A stretch of DNA of 52,976 nt, taken from contig JAUCBJ010001585.1 of the NCBI GenBank assembly GCA_032718475.1, positions 1-52,976 of the forward strand, read 5' to 3'. The position numbers and the translations under genes are program-made. Shown in pieces: positions 1 to 12,917 of the stretch. The stretch comes from Nemertoderma westbladi. Taxonomy: Eukaryota > Animalia > Xenacoelomorpha. Under the pieces are notes generated by a model, which was given only the letters and a program-made list of their open reading frames with translations, was not told the origin of the DNA and searched no databases. The first letter of the stretch is position 1, and every line of letters begins with the position of its first letter.

Positions 1-272
1 CAGCACTGTTTGGCCACAGTGTCGGAATGGGGCAGCACTGTTTGGCCGCAGTGTCGGAATGGGGCAGCACTGTTTGGCCGCAGTGTCGGAATGGGGCAGC
101 ACTGTTTGGCCGCAGTGTCGGAATGGGGCAGCACTGTTTGGCCGCAGTGTCGGAATGGGGCAGCACTGTTTGGCCGCAGTGTCGGAATGGAGCAGCACTG
201 TTTGGCCGCAGTGTCGGAATGGGCAGCACTGTTTGGCCACAGTGTCGGAATGGAGCAGCACTGTTTGGCCAT
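1..272. repeat. 32-bp minisatellite (CAGCACTGTTTGGCCGCAGTGTCGGAATGGGG)n, ~8.5 copies, cut by the window start
   Basis: Near-identical head-to-tail units with no unique spacers; explains the three overlapping repetitive ORFs. Confidence 0.95.
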
Positions 273-1431
273 AGTGCTTTACCTTTAATCCTTGAATGGT
301 CGATAAATGGGAATTAAAGGTAACTTGGGAAACCCTTTGGAAGGGTTTACTGTGGAAGATCATCCATTATGGTGAACCGAACAAGCCGCATTCCTTGCTT
401 AATGAGCCTAAAAGATCCCTTTCATTGTTAAAGTATCAAAGGGAAAAGAGCAGGTTACATTGGCACATTATTATATCCAAAACAATAAACGAAAATCAAC
501 AGATCAGACGGACTGTAATCAGCTGTTATTTGCGTCGATTTTCCCATGGAGATGTTACAGTAGATGGATGAATTTTGATTCCCCTACCCCCCCCCCCCCC
601 CCCCCCCCTAATCTGTCAAAGCGATGGTCGTATTCGTAATAGGGTAAACCAAAATTGTCTCAATTGCCTTTGTAAAGCAAATTCCGCGGCCGGCTGTGCT
701 GATGGGAGGATCCCTGGCTGATCATTGGGATCCTCCTTTATATTCATTAATGAATAAATTAACTTGTGAAACCGCAAACCCAATTATAAAACCACCATTG
801 CAGTGAATACAAGGGGATTAATTCTCAGTTAATTTGAATAATAACTTAAATTCGATGGTACTAAAGCGTGAATCTGTGACAAGGTTAGCTGACGCAACTG
901 GTCAATTCTTCCTAATATATATCCATACGTTTTTCGTAACGATTATAATCACAGACACCGATGTGGATTTTTAGTTTATTTTATAGCTACTGTACAGTAA
1001 AGAAAGAATAATATAAGATTCCTAAATTAATTTTATTATTTAACCGATAATAAATTTGTCATTGTTATAAGGTCAATTGCACTAGCACCCCCAATATCGA
1101 ATTGAACAGCACGGCGTAATGTTAATAATTATTACTGTAGTTAGTTATTGTTATTATTAAATATTTTAACTTAAAACATTGTTTTAATTGGATATAACAT
1201 ATTTGAATATTTGAACTAGTTTTTATAAAAAAATTTTTTTACTTTTGATAATTGTTGACGAAAATCTTTGTACTTGAGTTCATATTTTTTACTATTATAA
1301 AGACCCAGTTACATATAATATATGCGCTACATGTTTCTTAGTTGAAATGTAACGACCTTTACACCAAAGTAACGGTGTTGAGTCTCAAGACCACAAACTG
1401 TGGCTATGGAGACCACTTAAGAACAGAGACT

Positions 1432-4400
1432 ATGTCAGCTGATGCTGTAGTCCGGTGTACTCCGACTCCGACCCCAATCAAAGCCGCCTACGATCCACCC
1501 TCCCCGTTGCCGGATTCCCGTTACCATGCCAAACAATCTGTACCCCCGATCGCCTCGGCACCCGGTGTTCAAGGTTTGGGAAACAGGTCCCCCGCCCTTC
1601 CTATCCACAGACTCGGCCTCTCTCAACCCCGTTTCCTTGGTATACCATCGCAAGAGGGCGATATTCACAAACTGGGCGACGCATCGCCAATGTCAGAAGT
1701 TGCACCGTCTGAGTCATCGATCAACAATGGGATCGTGATTCAATTTAAAGACAAGCGATTGAACGACCCCCAAGATCGCCCTTACAACAGCGATGTCATT
1801 CGCTTATCAAAATTGCGTCTTATACTAGGCGGATTGGCGGCCATTATACTCATCCTTACTGCTGCTTTAATTGCTGGTATAGTAATTCGTCGAGTAATTA
1901 AAGAAAGTTGCACAATTACTCAAAAGCCGGAAAAAAATGTAAAGCACACTAACATTGATCAAGAACCGAATGTACATTCCACTAATAGTGGCGTAAACAC
2001 TACTCCAGAAGTAGAAGAACCCCCCGATCTTTGTTCGGAGGGCTTTTACATGAAATTTCTTCCTAAAAGTTCGCGAAAAGAGCGATTTCCTAGACGATTG
2101 CCATTGAATATTAGACCATACCATTACCACGTGGAATGGATCGTAAATCCAAATATCAGCCGGTTCTCAGGTCACGTGGATATCGCTGTTAAATGTGTAG
2201 AAGCCACCCCGGTAATACTTCTTCATGTTAAAGATTTATTTATAAATAAAGGTGATACATCCCTCGAACCACTTAAGCATGGTGGGCGATCTCCTAAAAT
2301 CCATTGTCAGCGAAATGTCATTGATCAGCCATACTACATTATAGTGATGAACTCTAATTTATCATCCGGAGAAGATTACACGCTGCATATAAAGTTCAAC
2401 GGAGAGATGATCAGCCCCGCCAATCGTCCGGATGATAAGTTAACGGGGATACACTGGTGGCACTACGATCGGTCTTTAAACGCATCCGGCGAATTTACTA
2501 AACATATTTCCACGCAAATGCAGCCGGAATACGCGAGGACTGCTCTACCGTGCTGGGATGAGCCGTCCTTTAAAGCCGTGTTTATAGTGTCAGTAACGCA
2601 TGAGGATCTTTACACCGCTCTTAGTAACATGCCGGCTAATAGAACCGATGTTGTAACACCAGGCTGGGTAAAGACTACCTTCCAAAATACCAAACCGATG
2701 TCAACCTATTTAATAACTTTGGCACTTGTTGACAAACTTGGGTACTCTTCGGTTCAGCGTGTGATAGAGGAGAGTGGTGTTGTAGTAAAGGCATGGGGTC
2801 CCAGAAAAGATGTGGACAGAGGTTTACTTGACCATGGACTTGATATGACCGTAAAATCAGTCGTATTTTTTGAAGAATACTTTAATATGAAATATCCCCT
2901 GCCTAAGCTTGATGCTCTCACGGTGCCCAGACATTTTGCTGGCGCAATGGAAAACTGGGGAATAATAACTTACGAATGCGCTGGGTTTCTTGTCGACGAG
3001 AAAACGGCTTCTCAAGATCAAAAAGAAATAGTAGGGTTATTTGTTAGCCACGAGGTTTCGCATCAGTGGTTCGGGAACTTAGTCACACCTTCTTGGTGGT
3101 CTGAATTGTGGTTGAACGAGGGTTTCGCGGCCTACTTCGAGGTTGTAGGTGTTCAAAATATCCTAAACGCAGGAGATCACAAGGTAGATTTAGTTTACAC
3201 TTCGCATATGGTCCCTATTCTAACTCAACAAGATTCACACTTTGATGGTAACCACGCTGTTGTGCAAGTCCCCGAACCAGTTGATATACTCGATATGTTT
3301 GATCACATCTCATACTCTAAAGGGGCATCTATCGTACGAATGCTTGCACTACTTTTGGGAGATAATTTTCGATTTGCTCTTCAGAGATACATGCGAATTA
3401 ATGCTTTCAAATCAACAGAAAGCCGGCAATTATGGAAAGTAATGGGAAACGAATCATCGAGTTTCCAACAAATTGGAGTGGAATCATTTATGAATAGTTA
3501 TTTGGAGCAAATTGGTTATCCAGTGGTTGAAGTTAATTATTGGCTGGATAGCAACAAAAATCTCACAGTGTTGGAGTTTAGCCAGTCGCCTTTCATTCCA
3601 TCAAAGGAAGACCATACCTGGATAATAGCTTTAAAGTGTTTGACAAGTTTGGAGGGTACTTCCGAGATATATATGTTTACATCCAAAACGTTTCAAGTCC
3701 GAACCAATTATAAATTGGGACAACACGATTGGGTACTCTGCAATGTGGACCACACCAGTTACCTTATGACTACGTACAACCATAAAACCGACAACTGGAA
3801 CAAACTACTGAGGCAACTTTATGAAGATGACATAAATGCAGTGCCCGTAATCAGTCGGGCAGATATTCTCCTGAGCTCATTCCATCTCTCAAAATCCGGA
3901 ATTGTTAACGGGCTTGTCTGCGTGAAGATGCTCCAGTTTTTATCCAAGGAGAGTAGCTACGAGCCATGGTACATTGGCAACATGGTTATAGAGTTCTTGG
4001 ATCAAGCCTTCAGTAACACCGACGTCTACAGTCTCACTCGTAGGTATATATCTCGATACATTATCGGACCCATATACAAGAGAATCGCAAATAAAGATGA
4101 TCTTTCTAAAAGAATAAATCCTGCCACCGAACAGCTGATTGTCTCCATTGCCTGCAGTCATGGAAACAGAAAATGCATTAATCATCATTTGCAACTCTTC
4201 ACCAATTGGGTGAAGAGCAATGAAAGCAATCCAATTGAAATGCCGACATCCTACATGACATTCTGCGTCGGATTTAAATTTTCGGACGACGAAATCTGGG
4301 ATGATTATTTAAAGAAGTACTTGAAAAGTGACATGGAAAATGTGGTTGTTGGATTGGCCTGTACTGAGAAACCTTGGCAAATTTCAAGGCTTATAGGTGT

Positions 4401-4791
4401 GGTCTTTAACAAGTGGTCTTTAGTTGATGATACAACGCGCCTCACCGTGCTGAAGTCTCTCCTCTCCAAACACTTCGGCCATATGCTTACTTGGAACTAC
4501 ATGCAACGACATCCTCAAAAAGTGAAACGATTCTCGAAGTATCTTGTCGGTGATACATTGGGGAGGGAAGGCGAGCTTATGGAAGGTGTTATGCAAAATT
4601 TGGTCAGTCGGTTTACATCAGATTATGATTTGGATCACTTTAATCGCTTCATGGAACAGGTACTTGGCAAGGTTGTTATCAAGTTAGTGGCTAATCTGCG
4701 AGATTCTGTTCTTGTCCACATTTTGTGGATAAAAACATATGAGAACGGTATTAGTGAGTGGCTCTGTGAGAGACTCAACATAGATTGTTAA
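1432..4791 (+). CDS. M1 family zinc aminopeptidase (aminopeptidase N/A-like), type II membrane protein, single coding exon
   Basis: TM anchor LILGGLAAIILILTAALIAGIVI; STQMQPEYARTALPCWDEP; GAMENWG; HEVSHQWFGNLVT...WLNEGFA (HExxH-x18-E); YSKGAS; ERAP1-like C-terminal region. First in-frame ATG is at 1432 (the ORF-track start at 1342 is TTG just after a TTTCTTAG acceptor-like site). Confidence 0.95.
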   Translation: MSADAVVRCTPTPTPIKAAYDPPSPLPDSRYHAKQSVPPIASAPGVQGLGNRSPALPIHRLGLSQPRFLGIPSQEGDIHKLGDASPMSEVAPSESSINNGIVIQFKDKRLNDPQDRPYNSDVIRLSKLRLILGGLAAIILILTAALIAGIVIRRVIKESCTITQKPEKNVKHTNIDQEPNVHSTNSGVNTTPEVEEPPDLCSEGFYMKFLPKSSRKERFPRRLPLNIRPYHYHVEWIVNPNISRFSGHVDIAVKCVEATPVILLHVKDLFINKGDTSLEPLKHGGRSPKIHCQRNVIDQPYYIIVMNSNLSSGEDYTLHIKFNGEMISPANRPDDKLTGIHWWHYDRSLNASGEFTKHISTQMQPEYARTALPCWDEPSFKAVFIVSVTHEDLYTALSNMPANRTDVVTPGWVKTTFQNTKPMSTYLITLALVDKLGYSSVQRVIEESGVVVKAWGPRKDVDRGLLDHGLDMTVKSVVFFEEYFNMKYPLPKLDALTVPRHFAGAMENWGIITYECAGFLVDEKTASQDQKEIVGLFVSHEVSHQWFGNLVTPSWWSELWLNEGFAAYFEVVGVQNILNAGDHKVDLVYTSHMVPILTQQDSHFDGNHAVVQVPEPVDILDMFDHISYSKGASIVRMLALLLGDNFRFALQRYMRINAFKSTESRQLWKVMGNESSSFQQIGVESFMNSYLEQIGYPVVEVNYWLDSNKNLTVLEFSQSPFIPSKEDHTWIIALKCLTSLEGTSEIYMFTSKTFQVRTNYKLGQHDWVLCNVDHTSYLMTTYNHKTDNWNKLLRQLYEDDINAVPVISRADILLSSFHLSKSGIVNGLVCVKMLQFLSKESSYEPWYIGNMVIEFLDQAFSNTDVYSLTRRYISRYIIGPIYKRIANKDDLSKRINPATEQLIVSIACSHGNRKCINHHLQLFTNWVKSNESNPIEMPTSYMTFCVGFKFSDDEIWDDYLKKYLKSDMENVVVGLACTEKPWQISRLIGVVFNKWSLVDDTTRLTVLKSLLSKHFGHMLTWNYMQRHPQKVKRFSKYLVGDTLGREGELMEGVMQNLVSRFTSDYDLDHFNRFMEQVLGKVVIKLVANLRDSVLVHILWIKTYENGISEWLCERLNIDC

Positions 4792-5795
4792 CTAACCTAA
4801 TCGCGGTGATTGCTTAAAAAGAGACAACCAACCAAACCAAGATCAAATTGCAAATTCAATTATAATTTGAGAAATTCTTCAGGGATAAATCCTTGAATGA
4901 TACCCTGGAAGGGAATGAAATCCTGGAATTCGAAATTGATGACGTCATAAAATAAGATTTTGTTTTGTTTGCGTTATAGGAGAATGTTGTTTCTGATTTT
5001 ACCGCGATACGGTGGACCACCATTTCGATTTCCCATTTAACAATAAATTATGTCGCTCGGTGTATATTATTATGCTCAAGGCCATATATATTATTATTAA
5101 TTATTATAAAAATTCCCTGGAAAACGATTATTTTCTTCGTGGTTCTATTTTCCATTGGCTATCTTACCGGTAACCGCTACAAAGTCTCATAAGATATAAG
5201 GGAAGTCGCATTGCTAGGTAGATCTTATTTTGGACAATATATTTTTACCAATAAAAATATAGGAATGTAAAAATTATTAAATTTGGAACTACAGTACTGT
5301 AGTGTATCAAACTGCTAAAAAATAGATGCCATCAAGTAGGCTATATTGTGCCGTGACACCAGATTTTTTTTTTATTTATACAGTTTTACTACTGTGTAAC
5401 GCCTCATTCGGTTACTCGATTTAATATTTATTTCGCTTCGCTCGTTCGTGAAATATTCGCATTCGGGACCGCCGTGTGATAATGTCCCACTTTGCACAAC
5501 AAAAAAGTAGTTATAAATTTAAATTAACAATTTAAATAACACTGTCTGACGTCTGATGGAAAATAGGCCTATACAAAATATCGAAAATATGCAAGATATG
5601 GTGGTATTGCGCGACTCCGAAACGTACAGTCGTACAAATGCATTGCCTTTAAATTTTAAAGAATTGTTTTTTAAATGCGTTAAAATCCTCGCCAACTCTC
5701 GGATTTCAATACCCCTCGCTCTGTAATCTTATTAATTAGTGCCAGATTAAACAGTAGGCCTAAGCCTTCATTTAAATAGCTATTTCTTGAACTAA

Positions 5796-6033
5796 AGGCG
5801 GGGTAGCTCAGTTGGTTGAGCGCCGGGCCTCCAATATATTGGTTGTAGGTTCAGCCCCGCCAGGGTCCACTCAGCCTTTCATCCACTGGGGTCGATAAAA
5901 TAAGTACCAGTTAAAAAACTGGGAGCAAATCTTGGGATAGGTGTAGCGCCCACCCCTACCTTTGGGTAGCAGCTATCGAAAGAGGAGCCTTCGCGTCGCC
6001 CCCGGCTTCGGCCGACTGTTTGCTTTTTTTTTG
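5796..6033 (+). mobile_element. tRNA-derived SINE with Nin/Deu-like core and 10-bp TSD
   Basis: tRNA-like head (GGCGGGGTAGCTCAGTTGGTTGAGCG, A box; GGTTCAGCCCC, B-box-like), core GTCCACTCAGCCTTTCATCC..GGGGTCGATAAAATAAGTACC, T-rich tail; direct repeat CTTGAACTAA at 5786-5795 and 6034-6043. Confidence 0.85.
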
Positions 6034-6069
6034 CTTGAACTAACACCTGAGGTCCCACCTGAATTCACA

Positions 6070-6260
6070 TGTATCAGGAGGTCGTGGGTTAGATTCCCGC
6101 ATGGGGCCTGGGCAATTTTCGTTTCTTAACTAGGCGCATCTCTGCCTTACATCCTTAAATGGTACCGGTAGCTAAATGAGTAGGTCATACTGGAGTATCC
6201 CTTTGGGGCGTATAGAGTGGGCCTACTGGGGGGGACCGCACTGGAAATAATTCGGCAGAC
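6070..6260 (+). mobile_element. Possible second, degraded tRNA-derived SINE
   Basis: GAGGTCGTGGGTTAGATTCCC resembles a tRNA T-arm/B box; no TSD seen and the boundaries are approximate. Confidence 0.35.
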
Positions 6261-6314
6261 TTTGTGAGTAATCCTAACGGCGAATTAAACTGTTCATTGT
6301 TAGTAAACACAGTG

Positions 6315-6686
6315 CCGGTATAACAGGCTGAGATAACTCCCCACCAAATTTGACTCCCCAGACTTCTCAGCCTAGGCTGAGAACATTTCCCATTTCTCCC
6401 TAGATTTCTTAATTAACGGAAAGGAGCAGGTTACAGTGGCGGGCTTTTCTAACCAAAACAATACACGATAACTCAATAACATAGGTTACAGTTTTATTTA
6501 TGCAATATACGAAAATAACACAGGTAGCTACGGATATGAATTATAACTCAATTAGGTGAGTCATCTCAGCCTAAGGGGAGTGTTATCAGTCTAGGCTGAG
6601 ACGACTGATGAGTGTTCTCAGACTAGGCTGATATGAATGGGGAGTCATTTCAAGAGGGAGTTAGTTATCTCAGCCTTGTACACCGG
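6315..6686. mobile_element. MITE-like element with imperfect terminal inverted repeats
   Basis: CCGGTATAACAGGCTGAGATAACTCCC ... GGGAGTTAGTTATCTCAGCCTTGTACACCGG; internal CTCAGCCTAGGCTGAG palindromes. Confidence 0.75.
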
Positions 6687-7129
6687 TGGTCAAGATAGCG
6701 TTACTGTGCAATGGTCAACTAGGACAAAGGGTCAACACCTACGTCACCTAAACTAATATTATGGGGGAGGGGGGTACACCATTTTGGTCCAAAATATGTC
6801 GAAATTATTTTTATGATCTATTATAATGCACGATTAAATGGTGTTTCCAAATTTGAAAACCGCTCTTTAAGTTTTCAAGTTATAACAATTGCCATTTAGG
6901 GAGATCTATTGAAATTACTATTACTATGTATAATGAAAGGTCTATTATTTCACAATATTTTGTTCGAGAAATTGTCAACTTCAAAACCCTACTACTTCTA
7001 CAATTTTTGAGCAACTTGCCTGAAAATTTCTGTGGTTGTTTACATAGCAACCCTGCATAAAAGTGTCAGACAGCGTTTTGAAATTTTTAGTTAATAAATT
7101 TAATGCTATTTATAACCAAACCGAAACGG

Positions 7130-7790
7130 CAAGCGCGTTCTGTAGGCCGCATTCCTCGACTTCCGTAAGGCCTTCGACGTCGTCAGTATGGCGGTCCTCC
7201 TTTACAAGATATACCAACTCGGCATCCGTGGGAAAACCTACGACATTATTAAATAACTACTAGACAACTGCATTAGAATCTACGACGGCCTCCGTTTAAC
7301 CAACGCTATTAAGCAGCTCCGCGGAATCCTCCAAGGAGACTGTCTCTCAGCAACATGCTTCCTTATATTCATTACCGACCTCGCCCACACAATTCTAAAT
7401 GTCTGTAATCTAATAAAGCTCATTTTCTACGCGGATGACCTGGTTTTATACTCAACTGATGGAGCCGAACTCCAATGTGCCCTGATGTTCTACACGACTG
7501 GTGTATCCTAAACGATATTACTGTAAACATCAAGAAAACAAAAATAATGAAATTTCGTAAAGCCAGCCGCCTCACTAAAAATGATAATTTTACATACAAT
7601 GGAACCCCTCATTATAACAAATCGTTACGAATATTTAGGTTTAACTCTACAGCCTTCCCTATGTTTCTCCGAACATATCCAACAAAAGAAATATTCCGCT
7701 TTCTCAATAATTGGATCCCTAAGTAAGTTACCTCTACTTTCAATTGAAACCGGACTATAACTTTTCAATATGAAGATATCCCCGGCATCA
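7130..7790 (+). pseudogene. Degenerate LINE reverse transcriptase fragment
   Basis: Frameshifted motifs AAFLDFRKAFDVV, GILQGDCLS, FYADDLV, NIKKTKIMKF, YEYLG. Confidence 0.85.
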
Positions 7791-9224
7791 CTTTATCTCA
7801 TAACAAGTATTGAACTTATATGTCTGTGAACTTATATTCCCAATTACGACAAATTTACACAAATATTGGTGGAGAAATAGCCTTTGGCCCTATGACGGAC
7901 AAATTGGGTTCTGTGTTGGGGGAATGAAGCCGTACAAAGAACCAATTAGTGACTAGTTTTAATCAAGTCCAGTGTAAATAATCATCTGCTCACATGCATT
8001 AATCATTTCCGTATCCTTTTTAATGGACGTACAGTAACAGCGAAAGCCTGCGGCATGCGTGCTTCTCGCAGTCACTTATACAATAAGGCTTTATGCAGAC
8101 AGGTCCCCCTGTCAGGAATCGCAATTACTTCCAATTACTTTCATCAGATTCATCCATTGTATGCAAAATTGAAAAGATGTTTTTTGATGCTCATTAAACA
8201 GCGAATACAGGGCCTTCGCGCAGCACGAGGCGTTGTTATGAGATACAGATTAATATTGAGCGATTCTACTGTATCACAAACTCGGTATTTAAGATTTAAG
8301 AAATTTAACCAAACACCAGTAAATCAAAGCGAGGGGAATAAAGCCCCCCACCCCCTACCATTCAACCTCCCTCTTAATCTGCACCACCCCAACCCAAAGG
8401 CGCACACAGGATTGATGAAAGGCAGAAGTATTAACATAAAATTTGTGTTTTAAAAGTAATATGTTATATGTATTTTTTATATAACACAAAATACAACTGG
8501 AAGCGATTCACAAATATACACACAGCACAAATTAGCAAAAATAATTAAAGATAGCATATTATTTAATTTATTTAACCAACAAAGAAATCAATAAACTCAT
8601 GTTATTGGAAACATGTTAAACTCATGAAGTAATATATTAAATATTTTAGCCGTGGAGGCGACCCAATTTGTAAGAAATATTAAAACTTACCGTAAGCTGA
8701 TAGTATTGATACTGAAATATTAATTTATCATGTCAACGCCTCAGCGAAATTATTTAGCTAATTATTCTAAACAATCACGATCCAAAAAACTCAGCCAATC
8801 ATTTTGTAAGGTAAACACAATAAGCAAGGTTAAGCTCTCTTATTAGTCTGGCTCATTTCTTTGTTGCCTAATGAGTAGTGGTAAGCTGGTGGTTGGATTG
8901 AATCCCAGTTAGGCTAGGCAATAGCAAGCATGCCTTGGAATAAGGGAGCTAGTGTAGAGTGACGGCTAACGGGGTATTTTGATAATTTAATTACGTTTAG
9001 ATCAATTAAAAACACATATTTCCTAAAGCAAATCACTTGAACTATTTAAAAACTATAATGGGATGGAATATGGGGATTACAGCTGTATAATTATTAAGTA
9101 TAATTATTTATATCTTATACTATAAAATAGTTAATTTCCATTAAAAGTCATGTTGAAAATGCTGTTTTTACCCTAAACAACTTAATTAATTTTAATTTAA
9201 TTAATTAATTGCTATTATCTTAGC

Positions 9225-9425
9225 TTCTCGAAGGCCACACGCAAATTCAACTTGGAAAATGTCTAAACTTTTGCCAGACTACATGTGTACCGAAAAGTTA
9301 GGATATATTTCATCGAGATTTGGCTGAGTTAATAACTTTTAAAATTGAACACGACAGAACGACAGACACACCGATTGGGTTAGTGGTACCCGTATGCTAA
9401 GCTCGCTTACTTTCGTGGCTCGCTC
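9225..9425 (-). mobile_element. DINE-1/Helentron-like non-autonomous element, family A, copy 1
   Basis: Reverse complement matches 10300-10368 plus 10801-10920; GTCTGTC microsatellite-like core. Confidence 0.6.
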
Positions 9426-9455
9426 TTCGTGACACTTATTGATGTGGGGCGAGAC

Positions 9456-10032
9456 ACGTAGTCGGCGAGCCTTGGCATACGGTTCATATAGGGCAAATGG
9501 GGCATGTCCGTCTGTCTGTCTGTCTGTCTGTCTGGTAAATGTTTGAACGCGAATTTCTCTGCATCGCTGGTTCGGAATTGAACCAAACTTAGTAGGTAAG
9601 TAGTAGAGAGAAAGTTTAGAAAGTTTGTAAAGTTTGGTGAAAAATCATGCAGTCTGACGTCAGCTACGACAGATTATGTGGTTTTTAGAAAATGTTAAAT
9701 TTCTCGGGAAGGCCTCATTTTCCTGAGCTGAAATTTTGGTGGCCTGTAGAGAATCATGAAGTCTATCTTTTACGAAATTGAAAAGTTAAGGCATTTAATT
9801 GGGGATCCGCTAGAGACTCAGAAGTAATGACATAGGCCTACCGGTACGGTACTGCTGTACAGTGCTGCACTGGTAAGTACGAAATTGCAGAATAACAATT
9901 TGACACCACCTAGCGGATTAACATATGATTGTATATCGAATGAATACATTTATAGCATGGGATATTGGGTCCAAACTAGACATGCCCCATTTGCTCTATA
10001 TGAACCGTATGCCAAGGCTTGCCGACTACGTG
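9456..10032 (+). mobile_element. DINE-1/Helentron-like element with ~54-bp subterminal inverted repeats and (GTCT)n
   Basis: CACGTAGTCGGCGAGCCTTGGCATACGGTTCATATAGGGCAAATGGGGCATGTC at 9456-9508 is inverted at 9979-10032 and directly followed by (GTCT)n. Confidence 0.75.
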
Positions 10033-10299
10033 CTGCGCGAAGTCCCCACGAACGTGTTTACTTGATTACGGAAAGACTATTATTATAATTGTTTTACATA
10101 ACACTCCCCGGGATAATTATTATTTTAAAAAATATTGAAATTACAAAATGGATTAGGGTGATATTGACTTAACTAAAACTGTATCTTCCACTACAAAAAC
10201 GACCTCGGGAGCGGCGACTGAAGTCTGCTGGTGTAATGAGGTGGGGTTTGTACACATTTTAAAATATATAATAATTTTACTACGATTTACAATGTGTCT

Positions 10300-10920
10300 G
10301 TGGGGCGAGCCACGAAATTAAGCGAACTTAGCATACGGGTACCACTATCTCAATCGGTGTGTCTGTAGTACTGTAGTGTTAACGGGATCCCGTTCACGAA
10401 AAACCGGGATCCCGGCCAAAAATGCTATCCCGGTCCCGATCCGGACTTTTTTGGACCGGGATCCCGAAGAATATATAGTTTAGTAAATTTGTTGAATATC
10501 TGATAAATAGTTCCAGCAGAACGGAAATGATTTGATTATATCGAATTTTATGTCAGTAAACCATCCAGTAATCAATTACAAAATAATTTAACTTTATCTT
10601 ACTAATATTTCAGAAGTGTAGGCCTAAGATAAAGTGAGTGTTACCCTAAACCCGCCACATATACTATTATCATTAAGGAATAATTTTAACCAAAACTGCA
10701 ATCCCAATCGCGATTCCGAAAAACGGGATCCCGAAAGTGATAATCCCGGTCCCGATCCCGGAAATCCCGTAAAGTATGATCCCGTTTCACCAGTCTGTAG
10801 ATCTAAATATTTAAAAGTTAATAAATCAGCCAATCCTCGATGAAATATAACCAAACTTGGTACATGTTGTTTGGTAAAAGTTTCGAAATTTTCAAAGTAG
10901 AATTTGCGTGGGTCCTTCAA
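10300..10920 (+). mobile_element. DINE-1/Helentron-like family A, copy 2, interrupted by a hAT-like MITE
   Basis: Homologous to 9225-9425(-) on both sides of the 10369-10792 insertion. Confidence 0.6.
10369..10792. mobile_element. hAT-like MITE with 8-bp TSD
   Basis: TIRs TAGTGTTAACGGGATC / GATCCCGTTTCACCA; subterminal GGGATCCCG repeats; TSD GTCTGTAG at 10361-10368 and 10793-10800. Confidence 0.75.
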
Positions 10921-10921
10921 A

Positions 10922-11233
10922 ACGAGTGCAACGAGGCTAATGAAAGGAGACGAGTATTGTGTTGACTATATTCGTAAACAACCTGGTTTAGCATATTGGA
11001 CGATATGTCATTTTGTTCAGTACCGGTGGTGGAATGTTTAATGCTAGTTATTTGGTGACCAGATGTAAGGACGAGTGCAACGAGGCTAATGAAAGGAGAC
11101 GAGTATTGTGTTGACTATATTCGTAAACAACCTGGTTTAGAATATTGGACGATATGTAATTTTGTTCAGTACCGGTGGTGGAATGTTTAATGCTAGTTAT
11201 TTGGTGACCAGATGTAAGGACGAGTGCAACGAG
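10922..11233. repeat. 149-bp tandem duplication (about 2.1 copies)
   Basis: ACGAGTGCAACGAG recurs at 10922, 11071 and 11220 with near-identical intervening sequence. Confidence 0.92.
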
Positions 11234-11303
11234 TTTTGCAGTGAATACAAGTATCCATCAGCCATAAATCAGCAGTTACTCGCACGTTTCGAGACTTTGC
11301 ATA

Positions 11304-12917
11304 CAGAGGCGTAGCGAGCCCTTCTGGGCTGAATGAAGCTGAGAACCCCCCCCCCCCCCCCCCCCCTCAATAATTTTAACTTTTCATTTATGGTGGGTTT
11401 TTTTTAATATTATATTTATAACAGAATATAATATAAAAAAACATCTAAAAACAGTTTACTAAATGTATAATATACAGTAACTACTGTATATCAAATCTAT
11501 TAAACACAAGTTTTGTTCGCGCTTTCAGACCTTTAGCAGTTTAACCTGCCAAATTTAGGTGTCTTCTAGATTATAAATCGACTTTAGCCTATGACGAGTA
11601 TTTGATACACTACATTAGCCGAAGCCAGCCTATGCGCGACCATTCACCCGCTGGATATACCCGGGAGACTGGATTCGGAAGCTCTGACCTTATTTCGGTG
11701 TAGGCCTACTGTATTATTCGACTGATCGTTACTATAATATCTCTGACAAATATTATTCACTTTCGGGAAATATTAACAGTTCCTTTAGGACGTGGCGCTC
11801 TAAGTATGTAAACAGAGTTATGACTTACACTAAACACAACGGGATGGCTATTGATTCACGTATAAGGCGCATTCTTTAGGAGATGCTTTGTTATCTATCA
11901 CACTCATGCACACTACCGCACAATGCTGCACACCGATCTGCCGACCTTCACTAATTTTAGTCACATATAAAGAGAACAGCAACCGACACATGTAGTGCCT
12001 ATGAAATAGCATTAGATTCACTCCAAAACCACTTTAATGTAAGTCGCAATTGCTATATGTAACCTGTCTCTTACCTTCAGTATATCAAGAAGATTGGGGT
12101 TTTTATGATTATTTATCGATATTATCCAAATATAATAATATTCCATCAACTGATATAATCAATAACCGACAGTAAATAGCAGTAAAATAATGCGGTGAAA
12201 GGTATGTATAATTATGATATGATAAGTGTTAGATAGAATAACAGTTATACGTTTCTATGATCAAAGCCGTTCTAATGTTTGGCTAAAGTCTGAAACTTCC
12301 ACAGAAGTACAGAAGAATCCTAAGCCGGTGTTCTGGGCTTAGAAAGATACACACTGACTGAATTGCGTGAGTTTCTGTATACAATGTCCAACACAGAGTG
12401 AAAATCGCTCTGATTGGTCGACCGAACAAAGAACAAGGGAAAAGTTACACGTGTACATATCAGCTGATAGATGTCGTCATCGGAACTACACTGTATCAAG
12501 AGTATTTCGGCGTATTGCGACATAAAATCGCTAGTTATGTCCGCTAAAGTACACATACAGAAGAAATGGCTTTTTATGTCCACTAAAACACCTGTACAGT
12601 AAGGAAACGGCTTTTTATGTCCGCTAAAACACCTACAGAGTACTTTGCGGGGAAAATAACTATCTAGATCCGCAAAAGCCTTTACAAGTTTGATATAGTG
12701 GAATTCTAATAATGTATATTGAATGGCGAGCGAAGCTAGCAGATAAAATTTTTACATTTTTCGCTTATGACACATATCCTGTATATATTGTATCACAATC
12801 CCTGAATTTTCACTGATTTGTCTTATTTTTACAAGAATACCCTGACATTTGCCTGGCATTTCAGCGCCCCCGGGTGAGTGCGCCCGGGGGAACATTCCGC
12901 CCCTCGATACGCCTTGT
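11304..12917. mobile_element. Non-autonomous hAT-like element (~1.6 kb) with 8-bp TSD
   Basis: Termini CAGAGGCGTAGCGAG ... CTCGATACGCCTTGT; TSD TTTGCATA at 11296-11303 and 12918-12925; no transposase ORF. Confidence 0.65.

Noticed and set aside
1-272. 32-bp repeats resembling a CRISPR array
   Set aside because: Units are contiguous with no unique spacers, no cas genes are present, and the context is eukaryotic.
1342-1431. N-terminal extension of the aminopeptidase ORF
   Set aside because: Starts at TTG directly after an acceptor-like AG; the first ATG is at 1432. An upstream coding exon cannot be excluded.
5797-5868. tRNA gene
   Set aside because: Imperfect cloverleaf that continues into a SINE core and tail bounded by a TSD.
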